Virus record (IMG/VR): IMGVR_UViG_3300023174_000155
Location: 6,154-70,153 of that record
Origin: a virus
Length of the DNA stretch: 64,000 bases
Strand: one strand, 5' to 3'
Under the pieces are notes generated by a model, which saw only the letters and a list, made by a program, of their open reading frames with translations, was not told the origin of the DNA and did no database searches. Positions within the stretch are counted from its first letter, which is position 1. Each line of letters starts with the position of its first letter. The translations under genes were made by a program, and so were the position numbers. Below are positions 1 to 9,898 of this stretch, piece after piece.

Positions 1-297
1 CATAAGCTCAGCAATAACAACACCATATACATAAGACAATTTTATCACAGCATCTGGTGATCTGACAAGGATTGCCCCCTCTACAACTATATAGTCTGAC
101 TTTAATTCATTTAACATTACAGACATTTTTATCTTGGCATCATATATTTTTTCGTATATATCATTGCCTTCCAGATTAATCTTACCCCACTTCAAAGGGA
201 GATCGTTTTCCATCAAACAGAAAGCAATAGAGTTGGTAGAGGCGTCTATCCCTAGAACTCTATTGGCCTGTGTTTTTTTTAAACTAGCTAACGTCAT
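1..297 (-). CDS. RuvC-like Holliday junction resolvase (3' end runs off the window; not in ORF track)
   Basis: Manual translation from ATG at 297: MTLASLKKTQANRVLGIDASTNSIAFCLM...DYIVVEG...; LGID and VVE motifs of the RNase H/RuvC fold; open to position 1. Confidence 0.8.
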   Translation of the reverse strand, partial: MTLASLKKTQANRVLGIDASTNSIAFCLMENDLPLKWGKINLEGNDIYEKIYDAKIKMSVMLNELKSDYIVVEGAILVRSPDAVIKLSYVYGVVIAELM

Positions 298-562
298 CAA
301 TCATGCCAATCAATTTATTTTTATTAGAAACATTAATCTTTTTTTCACAGGCTGAACATATAGTAGACTGATTGTACCTGCTCAACTTAATTTTACATTT
401 AGAACAGGCTCTGAATGCGCCATTCCTAATTGCTTTCTTTTCATAATACTTCTCCATAATTCTTCTGTTTGTTGCAACTCTGCAACATTCATCAGAACAA
501 TATTTTTGATTATGAGTCTTGGCATCGAAGTCTTTGGCACACTCCTTGTTACCACAAATCAT
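284..562 (-). CDS. Cys-rich zinc-finger protein
   Basis: CxxxxC...QKYCSxxC and two CxxC pairs; overlaps both neighbours. Confidence 0.7.
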   Translation of the reverse strand: MICGNKECAKDFDAKTHNQKYCSDECCRVATNRRIMEKYYEKKAIRNGAFRACSKCKIKLSRYNQSTICSACEKKINVSNKNKLIGMIDDVS

Positions 563-1350
563 ATCTTTGGTACCTCAAACTTTTCTATTTGAACTGTACC
601 AACTGGTGTTTCTTTTGCATAACATTCTTTTTTAATTGGGCAATATGTGCAAGGCATCTTTGACTTAGTTGCACCAATTGGACGCATAGGAAGATCCCCA
701 TCTTGAAAATTATCCCAAACTTCTTGCATCCACAGAAAAGTATCTTCAATTATCTGAGTATTCTTTTCGTTCATAGATACTGGAATAATTAATATCTCTT
801 GAGTATTTTTATTTTCATATAGAAAGAAACCTTCTTTTGCATTTTTTAATTTCATATATGTAAGAAGCTGAAGCATGTGATTAGCAGATGACTTCATTTC
901 CGCTTGTCTTGTATCCCAAACTTCTTGCTTTGCAGTTTTAATTTCTCCAATTACCGTCTCGCCATCATATTCCATAATCAAATCAATAAAACCTCTAATA
1001 GGAGGATACTCATTAACAATCTCTTCTTCTTCCGCTCTCCACTCAGGCATAGTCTTGATTAAATTCTGAAGTCTTTCATGAGCCTGTGTGCCTTGAGCCA
1101 TATTAGCAACAGCAACTGCATCATTATCGTCAATAAACATAGCACCACTAAATGCCATATACCAATATCTTGGGCATGTTCCATGTCCATAGCCTAAAGA
1201 ACTTGGGCTAAATGACTTCTTTGTCATCTCACCATCTGCACGTTTTGTATTTCTATATGACTCATCAAGCAAGGCAGCAAAGCGTTCTGGATCAAAAAAC
1301 TTGCCTGTGTGCTTTTTAAATTTAAGATTTTTTACTATATCTCTACCCAT
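559..1350 (-). CDS. Cas4-like PD-(D/E)xK exonuclease
   Basis: FSPSS...CPRYW, RGFIDL...GEIKT, QL..Y and C-terminal CxxCPxxxxC (four-Cys Fe-S pattern). Confidence 0.85.
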   Translation of the reverse strand: MGRDIVKNLKFKKHTGKFFDPERFAALLDESYRNTKRADGEMTKKSFSPSSLGYGHGTCPRYWYMAFSGAMFIDDNDAVAVANMAQGTQAHERLQNLIKTMPEWRAEEEEIVNEYPPIRGFIDLIMEYDGETVIGEIKTAKQEVWDTRQAEMKSSANHMLQLLTYMKLKNAKEGFFLYENKNTQEILIIPVSMNEKNTQIIEDTFLWMQEVWDNFQDGDLPMRPIGATKSKMPCTYCPIKKECYAKETPVGTVQIEKFEVPKI

Positions 1351-1688
1351 TATGAATTGTATCTAACGACATACTTAAGTGCATCTACAAGTTTGTCTAT
1401 GGACTCCTTTACTGAGTAATATACGTTCTTCTTATTGTTGTTCACTGTTCCCGCTTTATCTTTAGCAATTGTTGAATATACTGATGACATAACTGCAAAT
1501 TTAGTGGACATTGCTTGAAGCTCCATAATAAGCATAGGTGCTTTTGCAGATGGGACATCTGGATTCATTAATAATTTTACCACAATAGCCAGAGCTTTAT
1601 CTAAATGCTCATCCTTCATAAATTCATGCAGATCATTAAACTCTGTAATATCACTTATTAACTCTAATGTATTTTTATCCTGTGTCAT
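1350..1688 (-). CDS. hypothetical helical protein (start corrected to MTQDK)
   Basis: ATG at 1688 forms an ATGA overlap with the upstream small gene; TAATG overlap with the Cas4-like gene. Confidence 0.7.
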   Translation of the reverse strand: MTQDKNTLELISDITEFNDLHEFMKDEHLDKALAIVVKLLMNPDVPSAKAPMLIMELQAMSTKFAVMSSVYSTIAKDKAGTVNNNKKNVYYSVKESIDKLVDALKYVVRYNS

Positions 1689-1846
1689 GAAAGAATCCTT
1701 TGAACTAAACCGTATCCCATCCATAAACCAAATATTCCCATTAGACCAGCAAATACTGGTGGTGCTGGTACTGGAAGCTTAAATATACTAAATACCGCTC
1801 CTACTCCCATGCCTGTTAACGTTGTTAAAAAAACTTCTTTAATCAT
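1685..1846 (-). CDS. small two-TM membrane protein, XapX/DUF1427-like (53 aa; not in ORF track)
   Basis: MIKEVFLTTLTGMGVGAVFSIFKLPVPAPPVFAGLMGIFGLWMGYGLVQRILS; two hydrophobic helices joined by LPVPAPP; GGAGG upstream; fills the gap with overlaps on both sides. Confidence 0.8.
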   Translation of the reverse strand: MIKEVFLTTLTGMGVGAVFSIFKLPVPAPPVFAGLMGIFGLWMGYGLVQRILS

Positions 1847-2144
1847 GATTGTCCTCCCAAAATTGGATCAGATCTTCTAGAACTGCCCATTCAATAATTC
1901 CAAGACGAACCTTGGATTCTTTGCCAATAATAATTTTTAATGCTGGGTGCATATCTCTATTTACTTTAAATGTATCTGTACAAATTTTTGCCCAGTTATC
2001 TTTATTTAAATTAAATGATGTCCCTGCCTCTTTGTAATCAACTAGAAATTGATTCCATTGTGCATCACCTTTTTGATAATCTCCACGACCACTATTTTTT
2101 TGTGCTTTGGCACCGTCACGTTTTACTTCAGATCTTTCTGACAT
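1839..2144 (-). CDS. PD-(D/E)xK nuclease, Hjc-like resolvase
   Basis: SE..E, NSGRG..QKGD, LVDYK, W.KI motifs. Confidence 0.65.
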   Translation of the reverse strand: MSERSEVKRDGAKAQKNSGRGDYQKGDAQWNQFLVDYKEAGTSFNLNKDNWAKICTDTFKVNRDMHPALKIIIGKESKVRLGIIEWAVLEDLIQFWEDNHD

Positions 2145-2332
2145 TAATTAACCTTAAATATTGTTTCATGACCTTTTGAACATCGCCATGACATTACAAA
2201 ATCTATTGGATCCCAAAAAGCTCCAGTTACATCTTCATCACATTTAGAACATGGCCTAATGCCTTGAATTTTTTCTAAATTATATTGTTTTTCTTTAATT
2301 GGTTTATCAAAAAATTCATTAAGATCTGGCAT
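2144..2332 (-). CDS. small zinc-ribbon protein
   Basis: CSKC...W.CSKGH; coupled to neighbours. Confidence 0.65.
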   Translation of the reverse strand: MPDLNEFFDKPIKEKQYNLEKIQGIRPCSKCDEDVTGAFWDPIDFVMSWRCSKGHETIFKVN

Positions 2333-3323
2333 TTATTTCTCCTTGTAAGTTGTCTACAACATCTGGATTTTCCTTCAAATATGCTACAGCTTTTGCACGT
2401 CCTTGAAAACGTTCTCCATTTACTGTATACCATGCTCCACCCTTTTCTACTATCCCGCACATTTCTGCAACGTCAAGTGTTTCTCCGACTCTATCTACAC
2501 CAAGAGTTTCCCCTTGGTAGTAAAAATCATACTGTCCCGATAAATTTGGGGGGCCGAGTTTGTTGTAATCAATAATCCAATTAACTGGTCGTCCAACTCT
2601 TTGTTCAATGATTTTGTCGCCAACTTTAATCCCAGCTTTAATAGCATTCGCCTCAGCTTCAGACGACCAGAGTTTAATGACAGTGGAAGAAAAGAACTTG
2701 ACTGCCATGCCACCTGTGGGGATGTGACTAGCATGCATAGATCCAAACTGATTTCGTTGTTGTGAGATGAGAACAAGTAGTGTGTTTTTGTTTGCATAAT
2801 TTAACATCTTGACTGCGTGGGTCATATCCTTTGCTTCTGCGCCGATTTGCTTAGTGTCTTGCAAATCTTTCATTTCATTTCCGTCTTTTTCAAAATATAT
2901 TCCTGGAAGCAAGGCGGATATGGAGTCAACAACAATTACATCAACACCAGCTTCCATTAACTTAACGCCAACATCTACCATGTCATTTACAGTTTTAGCC
3001 TGAGAGTAAATAAGAGAAGATGAATCTACCCCCAACTGCTCTGCCCATTTTTGATCATATGACGCTTCAGCATCAATCCAAGCGCATGTCTTTCCCTCTT
3101 TTTGAGCTAACGCTATCATCTGTAAACAGAAAGAAGATTTTCCAGCAGACTTGTTGCCCCAAACTAGGACTTGTCTCCCATATCCCAAGCCACCCTTTAA
3201 TGCCATATTAAGTCCAATGCTGGGAGTTAATTGTTTTTCAACAACAACGTTCTGTGCAGACTGAACTCTTGCTCTTGTTTTTGGATCTAGCTTTGCTAAT
3301 ATATTATCAATTATAATTGTCAT
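2319..3323 (-). CDS. recA: RecA/UvsX-family recombinase
   Basis: Walker A GNKSAGKS, WIDAE, VVDS, GG.A.KF..S, GAWY motifs. Confidence 0.95.
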   Translation of the reverse strand: MTIIIDNILAKLDPKTRARVQSAQNVVVEKQLTPSIGLNMALKGGLGYGRQVLVWGNKSAGKSSFCLQMIALAQKEGKTCAWIDAEASYDQKWAEQLGVDSSSLIYSQAKTVNDMVDVGVKLMEAGVDVIVVDSISALLPGIYFEKDGNEMKDLQDTKQIGAEAKDMTHAVKMLNYANKNTLLVLISQQRNQFGSMHASHIPTGGMAVKFFSSTVIKLWSSEAEANAIKAGIKVGDKIIEQRVGRPVNWIIDYNKLGPPNLSGQYDFYYQGETLGVDRVGETLDVAEMCGIVEKGGAWYTVNGERFQGRAKAVAYLKENPDVVDNLQGEINARS

Positions 3324-3343
3324 TTAAACTCTTTCTTTCTCAT

Positions 3344-3352
3344 AGTATAGCA
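3344..3352 (-). promoter_or_regulatory. extended -10 promoter (TGCTATACT) for recA operon
   Basis: TGnTATACT about 20 nt upstream of the recA start in a short intergenic gap. Confidence 0.6.
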
Positions 3353-3700
3353 TTAAAATAAATTGCCGTGAAGTCTTGGACGTTCCTTATTAATGTTCAT
3401 TTTATTATTTAAGACTTCATCAATTGAATGTTCTAGTAGATTAAAACTCATCATTGCAGCATATAAATCTAAAAGCCTAATAATTACATCAGCCATTTCT
3501 TCTACAGTATTTTCACTACCCTTATTTTTTCGAATTGCTTCCAACACTTCTGTTACTTCTGAGTGTACTAGGGCAAGTTTATTTCCAATTACATTGTAAT
3601 TTATTTCTTCGTCCCAGAATCCTTTTTCCTTTGCTGTCTCATGCAACACAGCTGCCAATGCATCCAGACCGTAATCTGTTACCATATCAAACGCTTCCAT
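3353..3700 (-). CDS. mazG: MazG-like NTP pyrophosphohydrolase
   Basis: KLALVHSEVTEVLEA...EEMADVIIRLLD acidic helix motifs. Confidence 0.85.
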   Translation of the reverse strand: MEAFDMVTDYGLDALAAVLHETAKEKGFWDEEINYNVIGNKLALVHSEVTEVLEAIRKNKGSENTVEEMADVIIRLLDLYAAMMSFNLLEHSIDEVLNNKMNINKERPRLHGNLF

Positions 3701-3884
3701 CTTCTATTTCCTTTAAGCTAAATGTAAATGAAGACTTTTCTTCATTATAAAATACTGCAATTTCTCTACTGTCTGATGCAGCATTTAAAAACGTTGTCGT
3801 CTTAACATCCACACTTTTGATTGTATCTAATATTGCTATAAGCAGTTGTCCTAAATTTAGGTCTACTGGTAATTCTTCTGTCAT
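3687..3884 (-). CDS. hypothetical protein
   Basis: 65 aa ORF with GGAGG RBS and ATGA-type overlap. Confidence 0.6.
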   Translation of the reverse strand: MTEELPVDLNLGQLLIAILDTIKSVDVKTTTFLNAASDSREIAVFYNEEKSSFTFSLKEIEDGSV

Positions 3885-4111
3885 TTATCCTCCACGAATA
3901 TATCTATCTTGCCATTTGATTTAAGCCAATCAAATGTTGCCATTAGGTGTTCTCTTGTTTCACAAGTTTCGCAACCGTCATATAAATCATATGGCTCCCA
4001 ATCCTCTGGGACCACATCATCATATAAATAGCTCATGCACATTGATCTATGATCACTTATGAATGTTTCAAGTCTCTTTGCTTCTTCGGTTGTTAAGACG
4101 ACCTCAATCAT
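3881..4111 (-). CDS. hypothetical protein (H/C possible metal ligands)
   Basis: 76 aa, H..C and CxxC; overlaps dnaE stop. Confidence 0.6.
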   Translation of the reverse strand: MIEVVLTTEEAKRLETFISDHRSMCMSYLYDDVVPEDWEPYDLYDGCETCETREHLMATFDWLKSNGKIDIFVEDK

Positions 4112-7100
4112 TTTATTTCCTTTACATTTAATGTGCCGTCATCAAGTTTAGCAAGCACAACCTTACATTTCATTCCTTCTCTCATTTTAGCTAGAGACAT
4201 TTTATAAAGTGTTGGAAAAACAATTGCTCTTGTTAGTTCTTTTTGAGCATTTGACAACACAATATGGCTCATCATTTTGCCAGCTTTAGTTTTATAGTTA
4301 GTAAAGTTAACTACAATATATTCATCTTCTTCTAAATCATATTCTTTTCTATAAAGATAGTCTACAAATAAATCGGCAGCATTAGGATCAATTTCTTTTA
4401 CATTAACGTATCTAGCAATACGGTTATCTCCAACTAATATAAAATACATTTGATTGGGTTCGATTTGAGTATCTTCATGATGAAATAAACCAATGGTGCC
4501 TGTCTCATCAACTAACTCTACTCTTGCCCACCCGTTTCCACGCTTAATACTTTTAACCATACCAAACATAACAAACGAACCTAGATCGTCAAAATCATCG
4601 ATAGGTCTAGCCTGAGCTTTAATTCTAGGAGGTATGCCAGCCAAATTAAATGTTGGTATACCTAAATACTCATAATAGTTATCTTTTTCATCACCAGTTC
4701 GTGGATTATCTTCAAAAGCTGCACCACCGATAGAGTTTAAAGCTGCTATTGCTCTGCTATTAATCCCACTTCCCTTTTTAGAAGCCTTGTCAATAAAATC
4801 GGCATAGTCAATAAAAGGCCTCTTATCCATAATCTTATTAGCAATGCTATCTGATATAAACTTGACTTCAGCCAAACCAAATCTAATTCCATCATCTTGT
4901 AATGAAAAGTATATGTCTGATTCGTTAATGTGTGGAAGCATAATACGTAAACCTAAACGTTTAGCTTCAATTAAATATTCTGTTCTTGCGTCCTTGTCAT
5001 TTTCATTTTTAAGAATTGAAAACATGAACTCAAGAGGATAATAGGACTTAAGCCAAGCAGTATAATAACTAAGCATAGAGTAAGCAACAGCATGGGAGCG
5101 GTTGAAAGAATAACCAGCATGAGCCTCAAAGTCATGCCAAAGTTGCTCTGCTTTTTTCTGACTAATTTGTTTTGAAGCCCCAGCAATAAACTGATCTTTG
5201 AATTGGTCAAATTCTTTTGCATCTTTTTTCTTTCCAATAATCTTGCGGACCTTATCAGCCTCTGACCAAGACATACCTCCTAGGTGTACGCATGCCTGCA
5301 TAACCTGCTCTTGATATATAATAACACCATATGTGTTCTCAGTAAACTGCTTCATTATTTTATGGCTATAATCAACAGCTTCTCTGCCATGCTTGCGATT
5401 AATATAAGCAGCACCTACTGTGTTCATGGCTCCTGGACGTACCAATGCATTAGAAGCAACTAAGTCTTCAAATTTATCCACACCCATTTTCATCAATAAA
5501 TTTGTATATGGTGTAGCTTCAGCTTGGAATACACCCTTCGTATATCCCTCGCTTAACATCTGATAAACTTTTGGGTCATCCATTGTAAGAGAGGAAAGAT
5601 TAATTTCTTTTTTATGCCTCTTTTTAATTGACTCTAATGTGTCTGAAATAACTGAAAGAGTTTTTAACCCCAAAGCATCAAGCTTGATTAGACCAATATC
5701 TGCTACGGTATCCATATCGTATGCGACAACTGGGATTCGGCCAGATACCTTATCCTGTGCGTCTTCCCTTGATTCAACTGGAGCATACTTTCTTAAATCG
5801 TCCTTGGCTACAACAACACCAGCAGCATGTACACCAACTGATCTAATGCGTCCACGTAACCTTTCTGCAAGCCAGACAACTTCTGGATACCTTAATCTAA
5901 ATTCTTTTGTATTTGGGGATTCCATAAAGTCTTCAAATGTATCTACTGGCTTTAATGCACGATTTACTTCCTGCAGCGGTACCATAAATACACGAGAAGC
6001 ATCACGAACCACACCCTTATCTTTGAAATAAGTGTAGGTGGAAATAGAAGCAACATGCTTAAATTTCTTTTTTAAATACTCTTTAACTTCCTTGCGTCTG
6101 CGGTCTTCAAAGTCTGTATCAATATCTGGAAAGTCATTTCTTTCTGGATTAATAAATCGAAAAAAAAGCAAGTCATATTTAATTGGATCAACATCTGTAA
6201 TGCCAAGGGCGTAGCAGACAAGTGAGCCTGCTGCAGAACCACGTCCAGGGCCCACACGGATACCAGTACCCTTTGCCCAATTAATCATATCTCCAACAAC
6301 CAAGAAATATGATGCAAAATTCTTTGAGGCAATTACGGAAAGCTCTTCCTCCATACGTGCCATATAAATATCATCTGAGGCCTTCCCAAGGCTCTCTAAG
6401 CCCTTTACAGCCAGTTCCCTTAGTCTTTCATCAGCATCAGTCTTTGGGACGGGCAAAAGGTCTAAGCCCTGATAGAAATCATAATCTTCTACCTTATTAG
6501 CAATTTCCATAGTATTATCAAATATGTCTGTTCGATTAATTAAAGCCTTTTTAAAATCAGCCTCAATTTCTTCACGGCTTTGAATAAATAGATTATAATT
6601 CTGGAATGAAATTCTACGATCTGGATAAAGATAATTAAATCTATCTAACATATTTTTCATGTTCCTAGACATGTCAAAATCCATTTCCTTATCGGCCTTT
6701 GGAGATGTAGATAATATGAGTAAGGCTTCTTCTAGGATTCTATCTTCTTCTTTAGCAAAGTGGGCATCGCCTGTTGCCACCGCCTTAATTTTAAGTTCAT
6801 CTGCTAACTCAAGTAGCTTTGAATTTATTTCATGCGGATTATGAGATTGCACCTCAATGTAAAAATCGTCACAAAAAGTCTTACTAAAATCCTTGAGTAT
6901 AAGCTTGGCTTCTGAGAATTCGCCTTTCTCAATAGACTTAGAAATAAGTCCATTAAGGCAACCAGAAAGGACAATAATACCTTCTGCATATTCTTTTAAC
7001 ACCTCTCTATCAATACGTGGCTTATGATAAAAGCCTTCGTTCCAAGCAAGTTCCTGTAAAATATTTATATTCTCAAGACCCTTCTTATTCTTTGCAAGAA

Positions 7101-7383
7101 GGATGATGTGGTTGTAAGCCTGAATTGACTTATCTGTTTTAGATGAACGATCAAATCTATCAGTTGGGGAGATGTAAGCCTCAACTCCAAGAATTGGCTT
7201 GATGCCCAATTCTTTTGCTGCTATTTGCATTTCACGATGTGAAGATAATGTGCCGTGATCTGTGATTGCAATTGCAGTTTGCCCAGCATCTTTTGCAGCA
7301 CGAACAAGTTCGAGAGGAGAGTTAAGTCCATCCATAAGGCTATAATAACTATGGCAATGAAGGTGAGTAAAATTATTTTGCAT
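4108..7383 (-). CDS. dnaE: DNA polymerase III alpha subunit
   Basis: PHP domain (HLHCHS..S.MDG, ITDHG), GRGSAAGS, PDIDTD catalytic motif, HAAGVV, YSFNRSH, OB folds. Confidence 0.97.
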   Translation of the reverse strand: MQNNFTHLHCHSYYSLMDGLNSPLELVRAAKDAGQTAIAITDHGTLSSHREMQIAAKELGIKPILGVEAYISPTDRFDRSSKTDKSIQAYNHIILLAKNKKGLENINILQELAWNEGFYHKPRIDREVLKEYAEGIIVLSGCLNGLISKSIEKGEFSEAKLILKDFSKTFCDDFYIEVQSHNPHEINSKLLELADELKIKAVATGDAHFAKEEDRILEEALLILSTSPKADKEMDFDMSRNMKNMLDRFNYLYPDRRISFQNYNLFIQSREEIEADFKKALINRTDIFDNTMEIANKVEDYDFYQGLDLLPVPKTDADERLRELAVKGLESLGKASDDIYMARMEEELSVIASKNFASYFLVVGDMINWAKGTGIRVGPGRGSAAGSLVCYALGITDVDPIKYDLLFFRFINPERNDFPDIDTDFEDRRRKEVKEYLKKKFKHVASISTYTYFKDKGVVRDASRVFMVPLQEVNRALKPVDTFEDFMESPNTKEFRLRYPEVVWLAERLRGRIRSVGVHAAGVVVAKDDLRKYAPVESREDAQDKVSGRIPVVAYDMDTVADIGLIKLDALGLKTLSVISDTLESIKKRHKKEINLSSLTMDDPKVYQMLSEGYTKGVFQAEATPYTNLLMKMGVDKFEDLVASNALVRPGAMNTVGAAYINRKHGREAVDYSHKIMKQFTENTYGVIIYQEQVMQACVHLGGMSWSEADKVRKIIGKKKDAKEFDQFKDQFIAGASKQISQKKAEQLWHDFEAHAGYSFNRSHAVAYSMLSYYTAWLKSYYPLEFMFSILKNENDKDARTEYLIEAKRLGLRIMLPHINESDIYFSLQDDGIRFGLAEVKFISDSIANKIMDKRPFIDYADFIDKASKKGSGINSRAIAALNSIGGAAFEDNPRTGDEKDNYYEYLGIPTFNLAGIPPRIKAQARPIDDFDDLGSFVMFGMVKSIKRGNGWARVELVDETGTIGLFHHEDTQIEPNQMYFILVGDNRIARYVNVKEIDPNAADLFVDYLYRKEYDLEEDEYIVVNFTNYKTKAGKMMSHIVLSNAQKELTRAIVFPTLYKMSLAKMREGMKCKVVLAKLDDGTLNVKEIK

Positions 7384-7873
7384 TCCGCCTTAGCTTTCTC
7401 TTTTGTTCTGCGTGACATGTTTTGCACACAGTATATCCATATGGATTTATATATCCTACTTTACCATAATCATGCCCTTTCGGGCAATAAATTTTGGTAT
7501 TCCTTGGCATCTTTCTTTCTATACTTTTGTATTCTTGGATGTCTTCAATAACTTTTAAAACTTGATCATATTTTTTACCTGTTAAGATCGGTAAGATTTT
7601 TAATAATATTGTTTCTGCATCGTCATTAGATGCAACATACTGATAAACTTCTTTATCTCCACGGGTTTTTGTATGCGGACCTAATACTGAACCAACTCCA
7701 AATATTTTATAAAAAGTATCAAGGGGAGTTCTATCGTAGTACTGAGTAATTTTTAAACTTATATACTGATAGTCTGCTTTTACTTTTCTTTTAGTTTTTG
7801 CAATTCCAGCATATCCTTCTCCTTGAAAAAATCCAGCAGCCCAATATAAATCTGATTTATTTATTTTATCCAT
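7373..7873 (-). mobile_element. free-standing single-motif LAGLIDADG homing endonuclease with C-terminal Zn finger
   Basis: YWAAGFFQGEG motif, I.Q...L......FGVG.V, LP.L..K; C-terminal CPKGH...CKTC. Confidence 0.8.
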
Positions 7874-7879
7874 AAGTCA

Positions 7880-7907
7880 ATTATAGCATAGTAATGGTGT
7901 ATGTCAA
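7880..7907 (-). promoter_or_regulatory. consensus sigma70/SigA promoter, leaderless
   Basis: TTGACA-16 nt-TATAAT with TG extension; ATG at 7873 lies 6 nt downstream. Confidence 0.85.
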
Positions 7908-7910
7908 ACT

Positions 7911-7937
7911 TATGGCAGGGGCTTTGCCCCTGCCATA
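7911..7937 (-). terminator. hairpin terminator after ssb
   Basis: perfect 12-bp stem TATGGCAGGGGC/GCCCCTGCCATA, 3-nt loop, followed by AGTTT on the minus strand. Confidence 0.75.
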
Positions 7938-7943
7938 GCTTAA

Positions 7944-8621
7944 TTACCAGTCTAAGCTGCTACTTGTAGCAGTTGATGCCTGATTCTCTCCGCCTGAAGG
8001 TTCTCCTGAAAAGAATCCCTCTTGTTCTGTGTAAGGTAGGTCTCTTACAGCAGATGTTTCAAGTGCATACAATTCTAATGATGAGTAATCAAATTCTGAC
8101 TCATCTTTAGCAAGTGGGATAATTGTATAACTTGTATCTGTTTTTGTACCACTTCGCTTAATGCGCCACATCAAATTTGTAATGCTTCCCATTTCGCCAG
8201 CATACTCAATTAATGTTGGAGTAACAGTCTTTCCGCTGCTACCCTGTGATAAAATTGCAACGTACGGATCTTCTTTGCCATCATCTACTAGAACATTAAT
8301 GTAAAGTCGTGAACGACCCTTCCATCCTGCCTTAAAGTCCTTGCGATGTTGTTCACAACCCCAGCACTTGCCCTGATCTTCCATAGTACAGAGTGCCTTA
8401 CGTCGGTAATCTTTTGGATTTGTATGTTCAACGGCAATAAAACCTAAGCCGTTCTTTTCATTATAACTTGGCGAATCAGGATCAAGCTCCTGTAGAAATC
8501 TAATCTTAACGCTTTCGCCGTCTTCTAGCTTTACCCAACGACCCTTTGTAGAATCTGACTCGTTGTACGAAGGCTTATCTAGTGCCTTATTTAAATCTTT
8601 TAGTCCTTTAACGATACCCAT
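7944..8621 (-). CDS. single-stranded DNA-binding protein (gp32-like)
   Basis: KL.DGES..IRFL, H...C...CxxC Zn site, R.G.KTDTSY, acidic tail ending DW; AAGGAG RBS; TGATATAAT upstream. Confidence 0.8.
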   Translation of the reverse strand: MGIVKGLKDLNKALDKPSYNESDSTKGRWVKLEDGESVKIRFLQELDPDSPSYNEKNGLGFIAVEHTNPKDYRRKALCTMEDQGKCWGCEQHRKDFKAGWKGRSRLYINVLVDDGKEDPYVAILSQGSSGKTVTPTLIEYAGEMGSITNLMWRIKRSGTKTDTSYTIIPLAKDESEFDYSSLELYALETSAVRDLPYTEQEGFFSGEPSGGENQASTATSSSLDW

Positions 8622-8672
8622 TTTATCTCCTTATGTAGTTGATGGTATAAATCCATCTGTATTACTATTATA

Positions 8673-9671
8673 TCATTTATCCCAAGATCTGTATTCTATA
8701 TCGGATACAGCATTTTTAATACAGGCTTTAATCTCTTCATCAGTCATATCGCCAGCATCTTTTGCATCATGTGGATATATCTTACCATATCCATAAGAAG
8801 CCCACAAGATGTCTTTTGTTCTAAGTTTATTGGCTATACTTAAACCTAATTCTCTTCCAGCAAGATCTGCATCTGTCATAATTGTTATTCTATTAAAATA
8901 TCTATTTAGTATTTGTTGCTGCTCTTTAGACAAAAACCCACCCAATGTTGCAACAACATTTGGAAAACCAGCCTGATGAATTCTAATTGCGTCAAAGCTG
9001 GACTCAACTACTATGACATGGTCTCCAATTTTTTTAGCCCTATGCACATTAAACATTGTCTTGCTCTTTGGAAGGTTGGTGCTATTCTTAAATGACTTAC
9101 CCTCAATTGATCTTCCAACAATTCCTATTGGCATTCCGTCTGGACTATGTACTGGAACAGTGACCATGCCAGTGTTTTTAGAATATCCTAAATTAAAATC
9201 AATAATAGACTGGTTAAATATACTTCTAGATTTAAAGTAATTCTTTCCTTCTGATACTTCAATCAATTCCGCATGCAGCCTATCTAATGTCTCTTGTGAA
9301 AATTCTTCAAACATAGGCTTATCTTCCATTGCATCTGCTAGCAATTCATCAAAATTTTCTAAGGACTCTGTTTCTTTTGCAGATATAAATCTCATTGCCT
9401 CAAAGTCATTCTTGTGTGTTACTCTTTTAATTAGTTCTAGTAGGGTGCCAGCCTCACCACATGAAGGATTAAAACAAATAAATGCACCCTTCTCACGACT
9501 TACGCTAAAACTTGATGTGTGTCTATTAGAATGGAATGGGCAATAGCACAAGTAATCGTTTGAAGTTTCTCCAACTATATCTAAACCAAGTTCTTTTAAG
9601 ATTGATTTGATGTGGGCTGGAGAATATTGCGTGGAATCAATTTCCCTTGTGTTATACCCTCTGATTGCCAT
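8673..9671 (-). CDS. dnaG: DNA primase (CHC2 Zn finger + TOPRIM)
   Basis: CPFH...CF..C zinc finger, VVES.FD, D.D.AG, KDAGD; probable start MAIRG at 9671. Confidence 0.9.
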   Translation of the reverse strand: MAIRGYNTREIDSTQYSPAHIKSILKELGLDIVGETSNDYLCYCPFHSNRHTSSFSVSREKGAFICFNPSCGEAGTLLELIKRVTHKNDFEAMRFISAKETESLENFDELLADAMEDKPMFEEFSQETLDRLHAELIEVSEGKNYFKSRSIFNQSIIDFNLGYSKNTGMVTVPVHSPDGMPIGIVGRSIEGKSFKNSTNLPKSKTMFNVHRAKKIGDHVIVVESSFDAIRIHQAGFPNVVATLGGFLSKEQQQILNRYFNRITIMTDADLAGRELGLSIANKLRTKDILWASYGYGKIYPHDAKDAGDMTDEEIKACIKNAVSDIEYRSWDK

Positions 9672-9898
9672 GCCTTCTTCTTTCCTACATAAACGCCATG
9701 AAGGGTCATTAAGAACTTCCATGTCTCACCTGTGAATTCTATCGAAAATGCTGGGTCTATGTCAAGTACCTTGACATAACCTTTTGATCTCATGTCATGA
9801 GTTAATAAATTTTCGTACTGTGGTCTTAAACTAATTAGCTGTGCATTGTCATAAAAATCAACATTTATTTGAAATCTTTTAATTCTTCTGTGAGTCAT
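9596..9898 (-). CDS. conserved-looking hypothetical between helicase and primase
   Basis: open frame MTHRRIKRF...GY..VLDIDP.F...L.L.GVYVG overlapping both neighbours. Confidence 0.65.
   Translation of the reverse strand: MTHRRIKRFQINVDFYDNAQLISLRPQYENLLTHDMRSKGYVKVLDIDPAFSIEFTGETWKFLMTLHGVYVGKKKAWQSEGITQGKLIPRNILQPTSNQS

Noticed and set aside
559-1350. Cas4-like gene as part of a CRISPR-Cas system
   Set aside because: No array or other cas genes seen; solo Cas4-like nucleases are common in phage recombination modules.
8641-8657. GATGG-N7-CCATC hairpin in the ssb leader as an autoregulatory element
   Set aside because: Only a 5-bp stem; not distinguishable from chance.
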